NCBI RefSeq assembly: GCF_009914755.1
Contig: NC_060933.1
DNA length: 64,000 nt
Source: the human T2T-CHM13v2.0 reference genome, Homo sapiens
Strand: one strand, 5' to 3'
Of the stretch, positions 52,771-64,000 are shown one piece after another (positions within the stretch are counted from its first letter, which is position 1; each line of letters starts with the position of its first letter). Made by a program: the position numbers and the translations under genes. The notes below the pieces were generated by a model. The model did not search any database. It was not told where the DNA came from and saw nothing but the letters and a program-made list of their open reading frames with translations.

Positions 52771-53739
52771 TCAATCAAGGTGGAGTCACCATGTATCCTT
52801 CACACATTCCCACATATGTGTGCACACACATGCATGCTGACCCATGCTCGTTTCCACCTGCTCATTCATGCCAGAAATTCCTTTAATAAGACACAAAGCC
52901 TACATTAGCTTCTGCCCATCTTATATGAATGTGTGAAATAAGAAGCTTCCCTGAGAGCAGTTTCTAATGAGGAGATGGCATTGAGTAGTAACAATGCCTG
53001 CCATGTGAATAGCATTTTACAATTTACAGGCAATGCTCAGTTTTCACTTATGCTCACTGCTAAGAGTGCATGTTTCTGGAGGCCTGTTCTTTCTCTGGAG
53101 TCATGGAAGCACCCCAGGAGTCATTGTGGTTCCTGGAAGGTCTTCTGTTCTTAGAAGGGAAAACTTCATTGCTTTTAACTCCACAAAGCTGCTGTAAAAC
53201 TTGAGCCTTTGCCCATTGGTTGGTATTTCCTTTTGTTAGAACAGGCTAAGAAGCCCTTACAGTAACCCTTTCCACCAAAATAATGGTGAAAGTTCTCTGC
53301 CCTCTCAGGACTTAGAAGATAGACTCAGAGAAGGTCAATGTTTTGGGAAGAAGGGCAAGAATTACCTTCTTAGTTTTTTTCCAGATAAAAATGATCTCAT
53401 GTCTTTTCTACCATAACTCTGAAAAGGTAGATGTGGTCCTTGGTGTGAAATTCCCTCAAGATAAATCATAACTTCAGAGGTTAATGACTAAAAGGTATGG
53501 TTCTATAAGGCTTGGGCTATAAGAAGCAAGTCGCCTGCATTATGTGGGTTCAGACAACAGTTCTGCATGCTATAGTTCTGGCCTTTACACACCCAAATCG
53601 CCTGAGAGAGAGTGCAAACCAGATTTCTTAAGAGTTGGGCCTGAATTTTCAAGTATCTTTTTGATATTGTCATATGGATGAAGGAAGGAATCCTATGTTC
53701 ATCTCAAATTGAAATTCTCTCCCAAAGTTGTTTCTCTGT

Positions 53740-54081
53740 TGTTATGGTCTGAATATTTGTGTTCCCAAAATTTGTATGTTGAAATCTTATCCCCAGTGTG
53801 AGGGTATTTGAAGGTGGGGCTTTTGGGAAGCGATTAGGTCACAAGAGTGGGACGTTTGTAATGGATTAGTGCCCTTGTAAAAGAGGCCCCAGAGAGATTC
53901 CCTCACCCCTTCCTACATGTGAGGTTACAGTGAGAAGGTGGCTATCTGTGAGGAAGTGGGTCCTCACCAGACACCTTGATGTTGGTATTCCCAGCCTCCA
54001 GAATTGTGAGAAATAAATTTCTATCATTTGTAAGCCACCCAGTTGATGGTATTTTGTTAAGCAGCCCCACAGGACTAAGAC
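53740..54081 (+). mobile_element. MLT1A0-like MaLR solo LTR
   Basis: tgttatggtctgaatatttgtg...gattagtgcccttgtaaaagaggccccagagag...cccagcctccagaattgtgagaaataaattt...ggactaagac. Confidence 0.92.
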
Positions 54082-54084
54082 TCA

Positions 54085-54440
54085 CATTGCTGTAGCCTAG
54101 TTAATGGCATCACAATCTACAAAGTGACCAATATAGGAACTACAGATTAACCTCTGCCATTATTCTTTTTTTCTAATACTTCTTTCCAAACCCAACTTCA
54201 ATTTCACCCCAACCATAAAGCTTTCCACTAATAAATGAAGATATTTTTATACCTCTGTTAAGAAATTTGTTAACAAATCTGCCTTGTAGGCCTTAATATC
54301 TCCTTCCCTAATTACTGTCTTTCTTCCACTTGAGCTCCTTTGGGGCAGGTATTAATGCCTTCTTCACCTTTATATTTTTCTGCCTCCAAGTACCAAATAC
54401 TTGTATATGGTACAGAATCACAGAATATTTGGCGAAATTT
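54085..54440 (+). mobile_element. L2 fragments
   Basis: agttaatggcatcacaatc and tgagctcctttggggcagg...cagaatatttgg tail. Confidence 0.45.
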
Positions 54441-54564
54441 AACCACTTATACCCCTCATACCCTAGTCTCTATTCCCCCTGTGATCTTTTGACATTTATG
54501 CTATTTCTTGATTAAGGGGTTGTAGGACTTTCTGATGTTCTAGAAGCAGATACTAAATGAAATG

Positions 54565-54800
54565 TCTCGTGGCATGTTGACTGCAGTTAATCATAACGTG
54601 TATATTTTTAAATTGCTGAAATAATAGATGTTTAACATTGTTGCCATGAAAAAAATCACAAGTTGGTGAGGCTCTTATTAAGTTAATTAGCTAATTTAAT
54701 CTTTTTACCATTGCAGAAATATACATAGGTTAAAACATCACATTGTGCTACATAAATATATATGATTATTACCTCTCAATTAGGAAACAAATGTAAAAAA
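54565..54800 (+). mobile_element. L1MA 3' terminal fragment
   Basis: tgactgcagttaatcataa...aaattgctgaaa...gttaattagct...aaaacatcacattgtgctacataaatatata. Confidence 0.85.
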
Positions 54801-56164
54801 TACACAAAATAATTTCAACTGTCCTTAGTATGATCTTGGCAGCATTCTCAAATTGTCCTCATTGTTAATCCAAACCCTCACAATGGAGCTGTTTTCCATG
54901 GAGTTATGTTGTGGGGATTTTCTCATAATGCCACATTCACATTGCTGCCTGTTGCATAAGTCTCTCATTTTCTTCTTGATGTTTGGAAAGCATATAGTGA
55001 AGTGAGGAGAGAGACAGGGAGGTTCTGACTGGTTAGTTGTAGCAATCATACGCTGATTCCCTGAAAGGTTTTGCAGGGCTTACTAGCTTTGCCTTTTAGG
55101 AGACAGCTTCCCTTACAGGCCACCTTCTTCAATAACCTTTTGGACCTCTTGTAGACACAGGTTTAAGGAATCATACTGTTGATTCTTAAAGCTATTTAAA
55201 CAAGATGGCCTTCTGGATGCTCAAGATCCTGCTAAATGTGCCACTTTTGATCTCAGCTCAGCTGGGAAATCTTTGCTTTTGTATAAACTTGGGAAAAATC
55301 AATACAAGTGGCTGTGAGATACTGAAATTAATCCCCCTCACCCCTTCCTTTTCCTTCCATGCCATCTGATTGCTGCTGAGATAAAAATGGGGCAGCTTGG
55401 TTTCGGGGAATATTTTACAGTACTAGCTACAATGGAAATCATTGTTGTCTTTTGGAGAAAAGTGAATGCTAATTTCTGAGTTATTCAGATAATGAAGGCA
55501 AAAGCTTAGTTTCTGGAAGACCTAAGGGTTGTGTGGTTTGAGAAAAAGGATCGCATGGAGTGTATTTGTTGTGACATCTCTCCAACCTCCCTGAAATGTG
55601 AGGAGCAGGAGTGAGAGAGTTATGGGTTCCTCATGAACTAATGAGACTCTCTATGCACTGACCTCTAATACAACTCATTGAAAATATCCCTTTTCACAGC
55701 ATGTTTACACAGTGACTATTTGGCAGTTAAGCAAATACAGTATTTAACGGGCTTGCAGTGGTCTGCTTACATGAGAGCCTATAATAATCAGAAGGAGACC
55801 ATGCCAGAATATTAAGAAATTAATACGTGGCTTAGACAAGCAATGATCCTTGAAGAGAACAACAGTTTCTGGAAGACAAGACAAACGCCACCTGCCACAG
55901 TGACTCCAGGGGAAGATCAAGGCTGTAGTCTCCTCTGGAACAAAAGCGGTTTTCCAGTATCTTGAACAGCCAGCTGAGGTGGAACGCTGGCAAAATGAGT
56001 CAACTATCTGGTTGTTCCCTGGGTGATCATCTTCCACATCACTGGGGATGACACTGTGCAACTTACAGCAGCTGCCGTTTTCACACCACCAAGTTTACTC
56101 CCAGTTTCTGTGGCACCCTATAGATCTGTGTGGAACCTTAGAGGGCTCTGTGAGCATCATATTT

Positions 56165-56410
56165 GTCATTTATTGTGTGTTTATTTTGTACCAGGCCATG
56201 TATTCAAGTGCCTTATGTCACTTTAAGTGATATTATATCATATAATTCCAATGAGAGGTGTGTGTGTTTGGAATCTCCATTTTATAGAAATGGTAGCCCA
56301 GAGAGGACAAGTGACTTGTTCAAGGTCACACAGCTTTTAAAGGATGGAACTAAGATTCAAACACTGATTCTTTCTGTTCCAAAGCCATTGAATTAGAATA
56401 CTCACTATAC
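56165..56410 (-). mobile_element. MIR, near full length
   Basis: catttattg...ccagg...ctccattttataga...cccagagaggacaagtgacttgttcaaggtcacacagc...gattcaaac. Confidence 0.85.
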
Positions 56411-57129
56411 TGTGATCGGAGGAATCACATATAGTAGCTGGACAGGCAACTTTCTACAAGCAAATCATTGTGGAGGCACTAACATGATGAGATAAAGAAT
56501 GTCAGCTTTGGTGACCCCCCCAGGGATGGAAGCCCTTATAAGATGACATGGATTTCCCTGATCTTTGTCACTGTCACAGTGTCCACAGAAAAAAAAGCAG
56601 ATGTTTGAGAGAGTATTTGTTGATTTGAGATGTCTGATTTCTAAACCTAATCCTAGTATGATACAACTTACGTGAGACAGCGAAAATTTATAATATAACA
56701 TATCACCATTCTAAAGCTGGGGATAATCATGAGGGAACAAAAATCCTTACATATAAATACTCCCAGGTAAGACACCCTTCTGTTACTTCATTCAGATCCT
56801 TGACTTCATTTTACCAATGGGATATGGGTGATGTGAAGAGACACACAACTGGTTTCCCAAATACAGCTCCAAAAGAGAATTGGAGAGGGACAGGGAAAAG
56901 TCATCTGGAGTTTTGGGGCCAGGGAGAGCAGATTTGGTGCAGCTGTGTTGATGACTAGATTGGAGCTGTGGAGAGGAAAAGAGAATCCGTTAGACATTAG
57001 TTGTGTCATAACTGTCTAAGCTTTTTCAGAGCTGATTTTTTTTTTGAGGAATGTGGCCCTCTCAGGATTTTCCCATGAGGCATCCAGATTATTTGGGCTA
57101 TTGAAAAAAATGCTACACCACCGTGTGCA

Positions 57130-57275
57130 CAGCATTTTGCAGTTGAGAAAGCTTTATCTCACTTGATCCTCACAATAACACCATGCTGTAGGGAGGAGAG
57201 CTATAATCAAGCTCATTTCACAGATGAATTCATGGAGGTTTAGAGGGTTTTCTTCAATCATATAGCTTCTAAAAA
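57130..57275 (-). mobile_element. MIR
   Basis: tatctcacttgatcctcacaataac...ctcatttcacagatgaa...gaggtttagagggtt. Confidence 0.7.
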
Positions 57276-57309
57276 GCCACACCAACATAAGAGCACTAGA
57301 ACAAAAGAT

Positions 57310-57630
57310 ACGGCATATTGGGTCAATCTAATGGTTTACCCCACGAAATATTTCATTTTAACTCTTCAGAGCCAGAGACATGACCTAAAGGAGATGGCAG
57401 CTGCCTCTGTTAACATCAAAAATTGGGAATTCATCCAAACACCCTGAACCTCTCTTTGGCAACTGGCAAAAGATTGGGCATTTGAAATTTTTTCAAACCC
57501 TTCTTGAAACTATTTACATTTCTTGGCTTGTTCAACTCTTGGAGAGTAACAAGTTCCACATGTTTACCACCTGCTGTGTGAAGGCGTACTTCCTTTGGTT
57601 ATTATTCTAAATGACTGCTTTCCAGGCCTA
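57310..57630 (-). mobile_element. CR1/L3-family LINE 3' fragment
   Basis: gttccacatgtttaccacctgctgtgtgaaggcgtacttcctt matches the antisense CR1 ORF2 end as recalled. Confidence 0.55.
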
Positions 57631-58719
57631 AGTGCTCCCCTACCCAAATCTCCTTCCCAACTGGTTATCGTCCCCAGGAAGCAATGTCTGCCTGGCTCAC
57701 AGCCCCTGGCCCGCACACTTCTGCTGCTGTGGAGGTGCGCCTGATGGTCGTATCTTCAGCATCACAGCATGAGGAAGTATGGGATTGCTTTTAGGTTGCA
57801 AACACTGCCTATGTGCTGGAAAAAATAAACTGGAATCCAGGCTTTTCCCCCAAATGCTCTGACAGCTTGAAAACTGAAGCAAAGATTGCCATTATGAAAC
57901 TTTTGCCTTTCTTGTGGCTATGTCCTTTTGAAAACCTTCACTGTCCTAAGGAATTCCACGCTAGTCCAAATGAAAGAACTACAAAATCATACTTGCATGA
58001 ATGTGCTATTCTGGTTTGAATCCTTTCTAGCGACTGACCTTGCTAATGTGAACGTGTTCATATGGTTAAGATTAATGAGTCAATTATTTTTATACAAGCT
58101 ATCCCTCATGTAGGCTGTTTTCCTTCACTTGACTATATTAATTAATAAAAAGCATTCAGTCCTCTTTTTATTGGAGTTTGTGGTTAATCAGGTGCAATTA
58201 TCAATAAAACTATGGTGAATGTCTATGTGCTCAGGCACCGCTAATGAAAATAGGATATATTTAGCTATGAAGAGAAATCTTAAAGTTCCTCTTCAGTGAG
58301 TGTTTCCAGAAAGAAATAAGGCTATAGATCTTGGAAGTCAGAAGCTGCCATTATAAATATAGTTGTGTTTTTAATTAAATAAATACTGAAACAAATGTGA
58401 TTGAATATGAGATAATCCATTCATGTGGATATTATTTCATGCCATGCTTTAATTAATGCTTCCTGGGGCTTGGCCTGGCTCTTGCCAGTTGAAGAGTAGA
58501 GTAGGCAAATATATCTGCTATAAATACACAAAGGCTTTCATGCAATCAGTCTACCTGCACTAGAGCTCTGAAATGACAGCATTACTTTAGGAAAGTCCAA
58601 AATTTAAAAAAAAAAAAGTTACAGAAAAATTTAGGGGACAATTATTTACATCATCAATGTTTTTTTGGTTGTTGTTTTGTAGAAGGTTGTAAAGGAACGA
58701 ACACATATAAAGCAGTTTG

Positions 58720-59050
<331 letters not shown>

Positions 59051-59764
59051 TTACAATGTTATTGTCTTCATTATTATTCTTACTAATGTTCCTTTAAACA
59101 TGGCCTTTCTTAGAACTCTTGATATAATGACTGAATTAGATATTATTTGTCAGGGATACAACTTTTATATGAAAAAAACAAGGTTAAGGACAGTTTCATT
59201 TTTAGACTGAGACGGTTAAAACAAGAGTTTCGAGACCTCCCTTTAAAAAAGAACAAGTTGAATTGATGATTTCCTGGACTTGTGGGCTTAGTGAATGGTC
59301 AGTTTGCCTTAGTTGAGGTCCAAATATTAGAGACTTCTAGTGAGTTTTTCAGACCTTGAGTATTTATACATTTTGAAATGTCATTTTCAATACTAGTATT
59401 TCCACAACGAGGCTGTTCCTACATACATACAAAATAATTAGCTGCCCTCAAATTTTTACTCCTGCCTGCTGCCATTGAAATTATCTTAATTAAGGACAAT
59501 GATTCATTGCTCAGGTAGAGCTAAATCATGGCACTGTTCTGGAAACAAGACATTTAAATTATTCAGAGATGTAAATGACTGCTACTAGAATCTTTCCTGG
59601 CTGTACTTTATGATGGGAAAGGAAAAGAGAGAGGACAACGTGAAGCCAAAAAGGAATTTGGGAAGCTGATGACAAACCTCATGAACTTTATAAGACCTGT
59701 TCACAATATCTCCGGAAAGGCAGGAATGCCAAAGAGAATGGAAAGCTTCCTGTGACTCTGCTTC

Positions 59765-59960
59765 CTCAACAGGTATTCACTGAGGACCACTCTGGGCCAG
59801 GGAGGGTGCCAAGTGCTGGAGATATAACAATAAAGTATTGAAGTTCCTGCCATCAAGGAGCTTAACAGTTTATCAGAGGTGGATGGGATGGACATATAAC
59901 GAAATGAACACATAAGGTAGAGCAGTGCCAAGCACAGCAGGACTCCATGGGAAGGAGAGT
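59765..59960 (-). mobile_element. L2 3' fragment
   Basis: caacaggtattcactgagga...aagtgctggagatataaca...tcctgccatcaaggagctta. Confidence 0.7.
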
Positions 59961-59978
59961 TGATTTTACATGGTGCCA

Positions 59979-60182
59979 CAGTGGTGTGCTGCAGTCAGGT
60001 TGCACCAGCTTGTGAGAGCTTATTGTACACATGTCTTCCGAAGTATATGTTCAGCGATATCATGGTATTAGCTTAAAATCAGCCATGGGGAGACTATGCT
60101 ACAGAAATTGGCAAACACTGTTACTGAGGGCTTTTCTTCCCCCTAGAGAACCAGCCGTGAGACATTCAGTAGCATATTCCTG
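59979..60182 (+). mobile_element. MER63A-like hAT MITE
   Basis: cagtggtgtgctg...gagagcttattgtacacatgtcttcc...aaatcagccatgg...gaaattggcaaacac...agcatattcctg. Confidence 0.85.
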
Positions 60183-60589
60183 CCTGGGAGTGGGGAAAGA
60201 CTGTAGAAGAAGAGGTATAAAGAAAGGTATTATAGAGAAAGACATTATTGGGCTGAGTCTTGTAAAGCAGTTAGAAAAAATATCCACTGTTGGATTTTTT
60301 AGGAGAGAGGAATTTGAAGGCTTTTAATTTTTTTTTTTTTTTTTTTGCAGGGAGGGTAGGATTTTTTCTGAAAAGATGGGGAACAGTGGAACTTGCATCA
60401 GATATTTCTAATAATTTTATACTCTAGCCAACGTTTTAATCATCTGTTTTCTGAGGTCAGATTCTGGGTTTTATTTATTTTTGTATATATACATCCTAAC
60501 ACATGATGAACACATAATGAGTGTTTATTGTATGAATGAACAAATGTTGATATTCCTCATACCTCTTTAATTACCTATCTGGACGAAGT

Positions 60590-60780
60590 CAACCATTTTC
60601 ATGAACTATTTGCCAAGCATTGTGCTGGGCAATCTATAACTTTATACGTTTTGCAGAAGAAGAAACTAAGGCTTGGAGAGGGTAAAGAATTTGTTCAGGG
60701 TCATAGAGCTCATAGCAGTAGAAGCAATATTCAAACCACTTTGGTTCCAAACCCCACAAATTTTCAGCTGTCCCATATCT
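60590..60780 (-). mobile_element. MIR
   Basis: ttttgcagaagaagaaactaaggcttggagagggtaaagaatttgttcagggtcatagagct. Confidence 0.75.
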
Positions 60781-61245
60781 CCTTTTAAATCGGAGCCATT
60801 GTTTACATGTGAATGAGGAGTGAGCAGAGACACTATTCTGGGAGTGAGAGATTATCAGGGGCTGGGTAGATAGTCTTTAGCTTGGAAATTGCTGGTTTAG
60901 GTGACGGTACATTCTCTCTATTCGATTCCTTTGGTGACATTTACGTTGGCACGCTGGATGATCTATGAAAACCTTTTCAACTCCTAATCTGAAATGCAGT
61001 TTGATACTCTTAGGCAGTACAGCAGAAAGCTGAAGAATGAGTTTGGATTTCTTTTCCTATCCCACCCTCAATTCAGTTACCACAAAAAGATCTATCAGGT
61101 CAAAACACTTGATCTCCCTACCTCCAGGAAAAATGTTAAAAATGTTTAGAGATAATCTTGGATGTGGTGCACCTGAGTACTGCATCCAAAGACCAAATTT
61201 GACAGATGTGGAGTTTAGGATTACCTGTAAGTCAAAAATGGAATA

Positions 61246-61773
61246 CAGTAGACTCCATTTCTTTGAAGTTTTGCTTCTGAAGTTTGTTACCTGTGATCAA
61301 CTGCAGTCCAAGACTATGAAATGAAAAATTCCAGAAATAAAAAATGTATAAGTTTAAAATTGCCCGTCATTCTGAGTACTGTGGTGAAATCTCCTGCCAT
61401 TCCACTTTGTCCTACCCAGGGCGTGAATCATTCCTTTGTCTGCCTTAATCTACCCTGTATAGACTACTGCCCATTAGTCACTTAGCAGCCATCTTGGTTA
61501 TCATGATGACTGTTGGGCTATCTCAGTGCTTGTGTTCTAGTATTCCTTGTTTTACTTAATGGCCCCAAAGCACAAGAGTATTTAAGCTGGCATATTGTTA
61601 TTCTATTTATTATATGTTGTTGCTAATCTTTTACTGTGCCCAATTTATAAATTAGACTTTATCATAGGTATGGATATGGGAAAAAACACAGTTATAGATA
61701 GGGTGCTTTCTGTGGTTTCAAGCATCCACTGGGCATCTTAGAATGTATCTCTCTGGATAAGGGGGTTCTACTG
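61246..61773 (+). mobile_element. MER44 (Tigger7-derived) MITE
   Basis: TA then cagtagactcc start, aaaattccagaaataaa...ttctgagtactgtggtgaaatctc interior, and ggataagggggttctactg end. Confidence 0.88.
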
Positions 61774-62144
61774 AATTAAATTTTGGCACTTTAACAACTT
61801 GCTTCATGCTACTTAACTCTTATTATGACCTCTGAGTGAGACTGTGCCCTATATTGATTTCCATTCTTCAGACTAAGACATTAACTCTTCTCAAATAATA
61901 AAGAAATGACTTATCCTTCTTGTGTCCTCAACCCAAAATTATCACCATGGTGGAGAAGAATACAGAAGTAAATCTGCTCATATGTAAATTTTTTTCAAGT
62001 GAGAGATATAAACCCTGCTGGAGAAGTGTTTGTATTTAGACAATGCCATTTTATAAATACCTGTAGGTAGAAGACCACGTAGGTATTACCAGATCACCAG
62101 TAGTTAAAGGAGCAGCGATAAGATCCCCTTATGTTACCTTGCAC

Positions 62145-62700
62145 TAATAGAATTCTTGGTTGGAAACAACCAAAACCTACTCTGGTCAATTTAAGGGAAA
62201 AGTGAATTTCTTAGAAAGTAATGGGGCAGCTGTGGAATTGAGGAAGGCTAAACAACAGGTTTAGGAAGTAATCGAGGGAGGCAAGGCATGGATGAGGCAG
62301 AGTCCCAGGAGGGTTCTGCTGAAGACACGTTCATTGCCACCTGGAGACCCCACCCCTGCTGGCCCTGGTGAGCAGACTTGCCCCATGCTGCTGGGCTCTG
62401 TTTGCCTTGGACATTTGCTGCCCTGCCTCTGGGTCCTCTACTTCACCAAAGCTACCATGGAAAATCTCTGACCGATTCCACACACTTCCCTCAAAGATCC
62501 GTGGTCTGGGTGGGAGCATCTGAGTGGCTATGCTGTCATAGGGCCACACTCTGTCTTCTTGGGAAGAGGGAGAGGGACCATCTGTCTTTTTCTGACTCCC
62601 CCAGTAGGAATTGAACTCGGTCTCCTACCATTTCTGTGATTTGCCCAAATCGGAGGGGCATTTAGATAATGGGCAGAACTAAGTGATGGATGTTTCCTCT
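62145..62700 (-). mobile_element. Ancient MaLR LTR (MLT1K-N-like)
   Basis: ttcttggttggaaacaaccaaaacctactctgg...tttaagggaaaagtgaattt and gggagcatctgagtggct. Confidence 0.5.
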
Positions 62701-63302
62701 AGATACCTAGTTTTAGCATAGAAATGTGCCTAAAGGAAGCTGAGATAGCCTCATTCGTATGGAACACTGTTCAAACAACGCATGCTGTTACACTAATGTC
62801 AATGATTCTAATTATGACACTTTTATGTTTCAAAATCCATGGCCCTCCTGAACCTGTTATTTACACAAAGTGAATTTGTCCATGCTCTGGGTTTGTCTGA
62901 CTCCAGCAAGAATGCTCACACGCAAGCTTGACTTCTTTCTCACTGTGTGGCTTGGCTATGCAATTCAGAAGACGTAAAGAGGTTTTCCCTGGCTTTCAGC
63001 CTCCCTATCTATTTTGATCATGGAGGTTAATAATGCTGAAAAGCACTCAGAGTATATAAGGCCGCTGAGGAAATGAGAGCTCTATGTTTTATGGCTGAGA
63101 CATGACTGACTGGTAATGTATCTGCCAGGAAAGTCTCCATTCAGAATGCAGCAATGAATATTGGATTCCATCAATCCTTAGCCATTTCTCTCTTCCCCCA
63201 CCCTATCCTGTCATCTTGCTTCTCACATGGGAAGGAGCATTTGGAGTTGAGATCTGAGCATGTTGGTAGTTTCTTTATCTGTAGGGCTCTGCCAGGGTTG
63301 GG

Positions 63303-63479
63303 CAGTGGCTTACCATCCTGGCTGTACATTGGAATCACCTGGGAGCTTTTAAGAAGCCCAATGCCTGGGTCACACATGAAACCAATTAAATTAGAATCTC
63401 TGGGGAGGAACCCAGGTGTCAGAATTTTTTGAAAGCTGCCCAGATGGTTCCAATGTACATGCAAGATTGAGAATCACTG
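63303..63479. mobile_element. MER5A hAT MITE
   Basis: cagtggct...ctggctgtacattggaatcacctgggagctttt...agaatctctgggg...ttgagaatcactg. Confidence 0.9.
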
Positions 63480-63576
63480 TAGCTCAAGCCCCTAAACTCT
63501 ACATGAACCAGCTTTGCCTCAGAACCAGAACCAGGCAGTAGAAATGGAAACTTTCCAGTACCCCTTCCCCCAGGCT

Positions 63577-63602
63577 TTATTATTATTATTATTATTATTA
63601 TT
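63577..63602. repeat. (ATT)n microsatellite
   Basis: Read directly. Confidence 0.9.
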
Positions 63603-63634
63603 TTTTCAGGCTTTAAGTGGTTATTCCTGAGACA

Positions 63635-63850
63635 AGTGTTATGTGGTACAACAAACATGGGCTTGAATTCCAGTTTCCTAGCTGCGTAGTCCTGGGGAGA
63701 TTACTTTAGCACTCTGGCCTTCAGCTTCCTCACCTGTAGTAAATTCTGCCTTACAGTGTTGTTGGGAGGATTCAAGAAGCAATTTTATTTCAGTTTCTTA
63801 GTGCACTACCTGGTCCATAGTAAGGGTTTAGTAAATCCCAGCCAGTCTTA
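63635..63850 (+). mobile_element. MIR
   Basis: ctagctgcgtagtcctggggagattacttt...ccttcagcttcctcacctgta...ttgttgggaggattcaa. Confidence 0.75.
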
Positions 63851-63859
63851 TTGTTGTGC

Positions 63860-64000
63860 AGCCCTTAGAGCTTTCAGAGTATGTTCGTATCTACTGTTTC
63901 ACTATTCTCCCCACAATCCTTTGCCATAAGCTAGTTTGGAATTTATCATCCCATTTTAGAGGTGAAGATGCTAACATCCAGAAAGGATGAATATTCTTCC
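63860..64000 (-). mobile_element. MIR, running off the window edge
   Basis: ccccacaatcct...ttatcatcccattttagaggtgaaga. Confidence 0.65.

Overview
Non-coding primate genomic DNA, most likely human or great ape, since it carries young AluY and AluYe-like elements. It is AT-rich, CpG-depleted and dense in interspersed repeats: about 12 Alus (J, S and Y), old L1/HAL1 fragments, many MIR, L2 and CR1 relics, solo LTRs (MLT1, THE1, LTR40, LTR33/16, MER50-like) and DNA-transposon fossils (Tigger2, MER58, MER63, MER44, MER5A). No ORF in the six-frame track is a credible protein-coding gene. The ORFs are repeat read-throughs or chance, apart from one decayed L1-type ORF1 fragment. I found no RNA genes, CpG island or CRISPR array, and I cannot identify the locus or say whether it is intronic or intergenic. 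I did not find a new biological system. The best second-look items are structural: a 219-bp dispersed local duplication, a three-armed Alu, a perfect 38-bp tandem duplication, a pure (TTTCC)29 tract grown from an Alu tail, a tail-less AluSp, nested transposon stacks, a mini-Tigger2, a perfect 13-bp inverted repeat, and a few motif clusters that may be enhancers or cryptic exons. Repeat subfamily names come from recalled consensus sequences, not from a search. Boundaries of old repeats are approximate.
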